Of a stretch of 64,000 nt of DNA, positions 63,878 to 64,000 are shown piece by piece. The position numbers and the translations under genes were made by a program. The first letter of the stretch is position 1. Each line of letters opens with the position of its first letter. The DNA comes from an archaeon (GTDB taxonomy: Archaea > Nanobdellota > Nanobdellia > Pacearchaeales > GW2011-AR1). Below the pieces are notes generated by a model, which was not told the origin of the DNA, ran no database searches, and saw only the letters and a program-made list of their open reading frames with translations. The stretch is taken from the NCBI GenBank assembly GCA_038121585.1, contig JAYONY010000002.1:95341-159340 (forward strand), read 5' to 3'.

Positions 63878-64000
63878 TTATCTGTTTCTAAGCTTTTATT
63901 CATGAGACAAGAGGCATTAAAATTGGGACAATCACATAGAGTAACAACGCCCATACTACAATTGCAGTCAGAATACTAATCAGGATCATTTTCATCTCTT

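Larger units (their letters stand above)
45594..64000. mobile_element. E4: conjugative-element-like island with metal-resistance cargo (right end outside window)
   Basis: Starts at 12-mer copy 4. Carries Fic, RHH, a VirB2/VirB6/VirB4-like operon, CDF, copper cassette B and multicopper oxidases. Strong A-depletion on the plus strand. Confidence 0.55.

Overview
AT-rich window that reads as an archaeal chromosome segment, probably a small-genome DPANN-like lineage; the taxon is inference. Many genes have a TATA-like box (TTTAAATA, CTATAAA) about 25 nt upstream of the start codon, which fits leaderless archaeal promoters. An archaeal/eukaryotic-type TrpRS, Dol-P-sugar-type GT2 enzymes and Zn-ribbon tyrosine recombinases also fit. 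Positions 1-27.5 kb look like ordinary chromosome. They hold tandem PIN-like paralogs, a bacterial-looking mhq-type dioxygenase/esterase pair, TspO, SRPBCC, two surface glycosidase-like proteins, a 10-kb surface-glycosylation locus (flippase, five GT2, a GT-C-like polytopic protein, a HAD-membrane fusion), RecQ and a TupA-like ATP-grasp enzyme. From 27553 onward the window is accessory DNA. Four exact, co-oriented copies of the 12-mer ACGCCCCAACCG (27553, 33522, 38167, 45594) split it into four segments. E1 is a small plasmid-like element with a tyrosine recombinase, a P-loop replication-like protein, a metzincin and a hairpin-dense GC-rich region. E2 has no integrase and carries copper cassette A. 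E3 is a tryptophan-centred island: two TrpRS of different lineages, a PLP decarboxylase, a nucleotidyltransferase and an integrase. E4 runs off the window and is conjugative-element-like, with Fic, a VirB2/VirB6/VirB3-VirB4-like operon, a CDF transporter, copper cassette B, two multicopper oxidases and a CuA-like cupredoxin. The most interesting candidates are: (i) a copper regulon whose promoters share the palindrome TGAAACTAGTTTCA (perfect at two promoters, one mismatch at the other two), next to a membrane-tethered winged-helix protein with a Cys/His/Met loop; (ii) uncharacterised Met/Gly-rich membrane proteins conserved in both copper cassettes; (iii) the minimal T4SS-like module whose VirB4 carries a C-terminal PD-(D/E)xK-like domain; (iv) the double-TrpRS/decarboxylase/NTase island; (v) the tandem att array itself. 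No rRNA, tRNA or CRISPR array was recognised. All family calls come from motif recognition by eye, not from searches.
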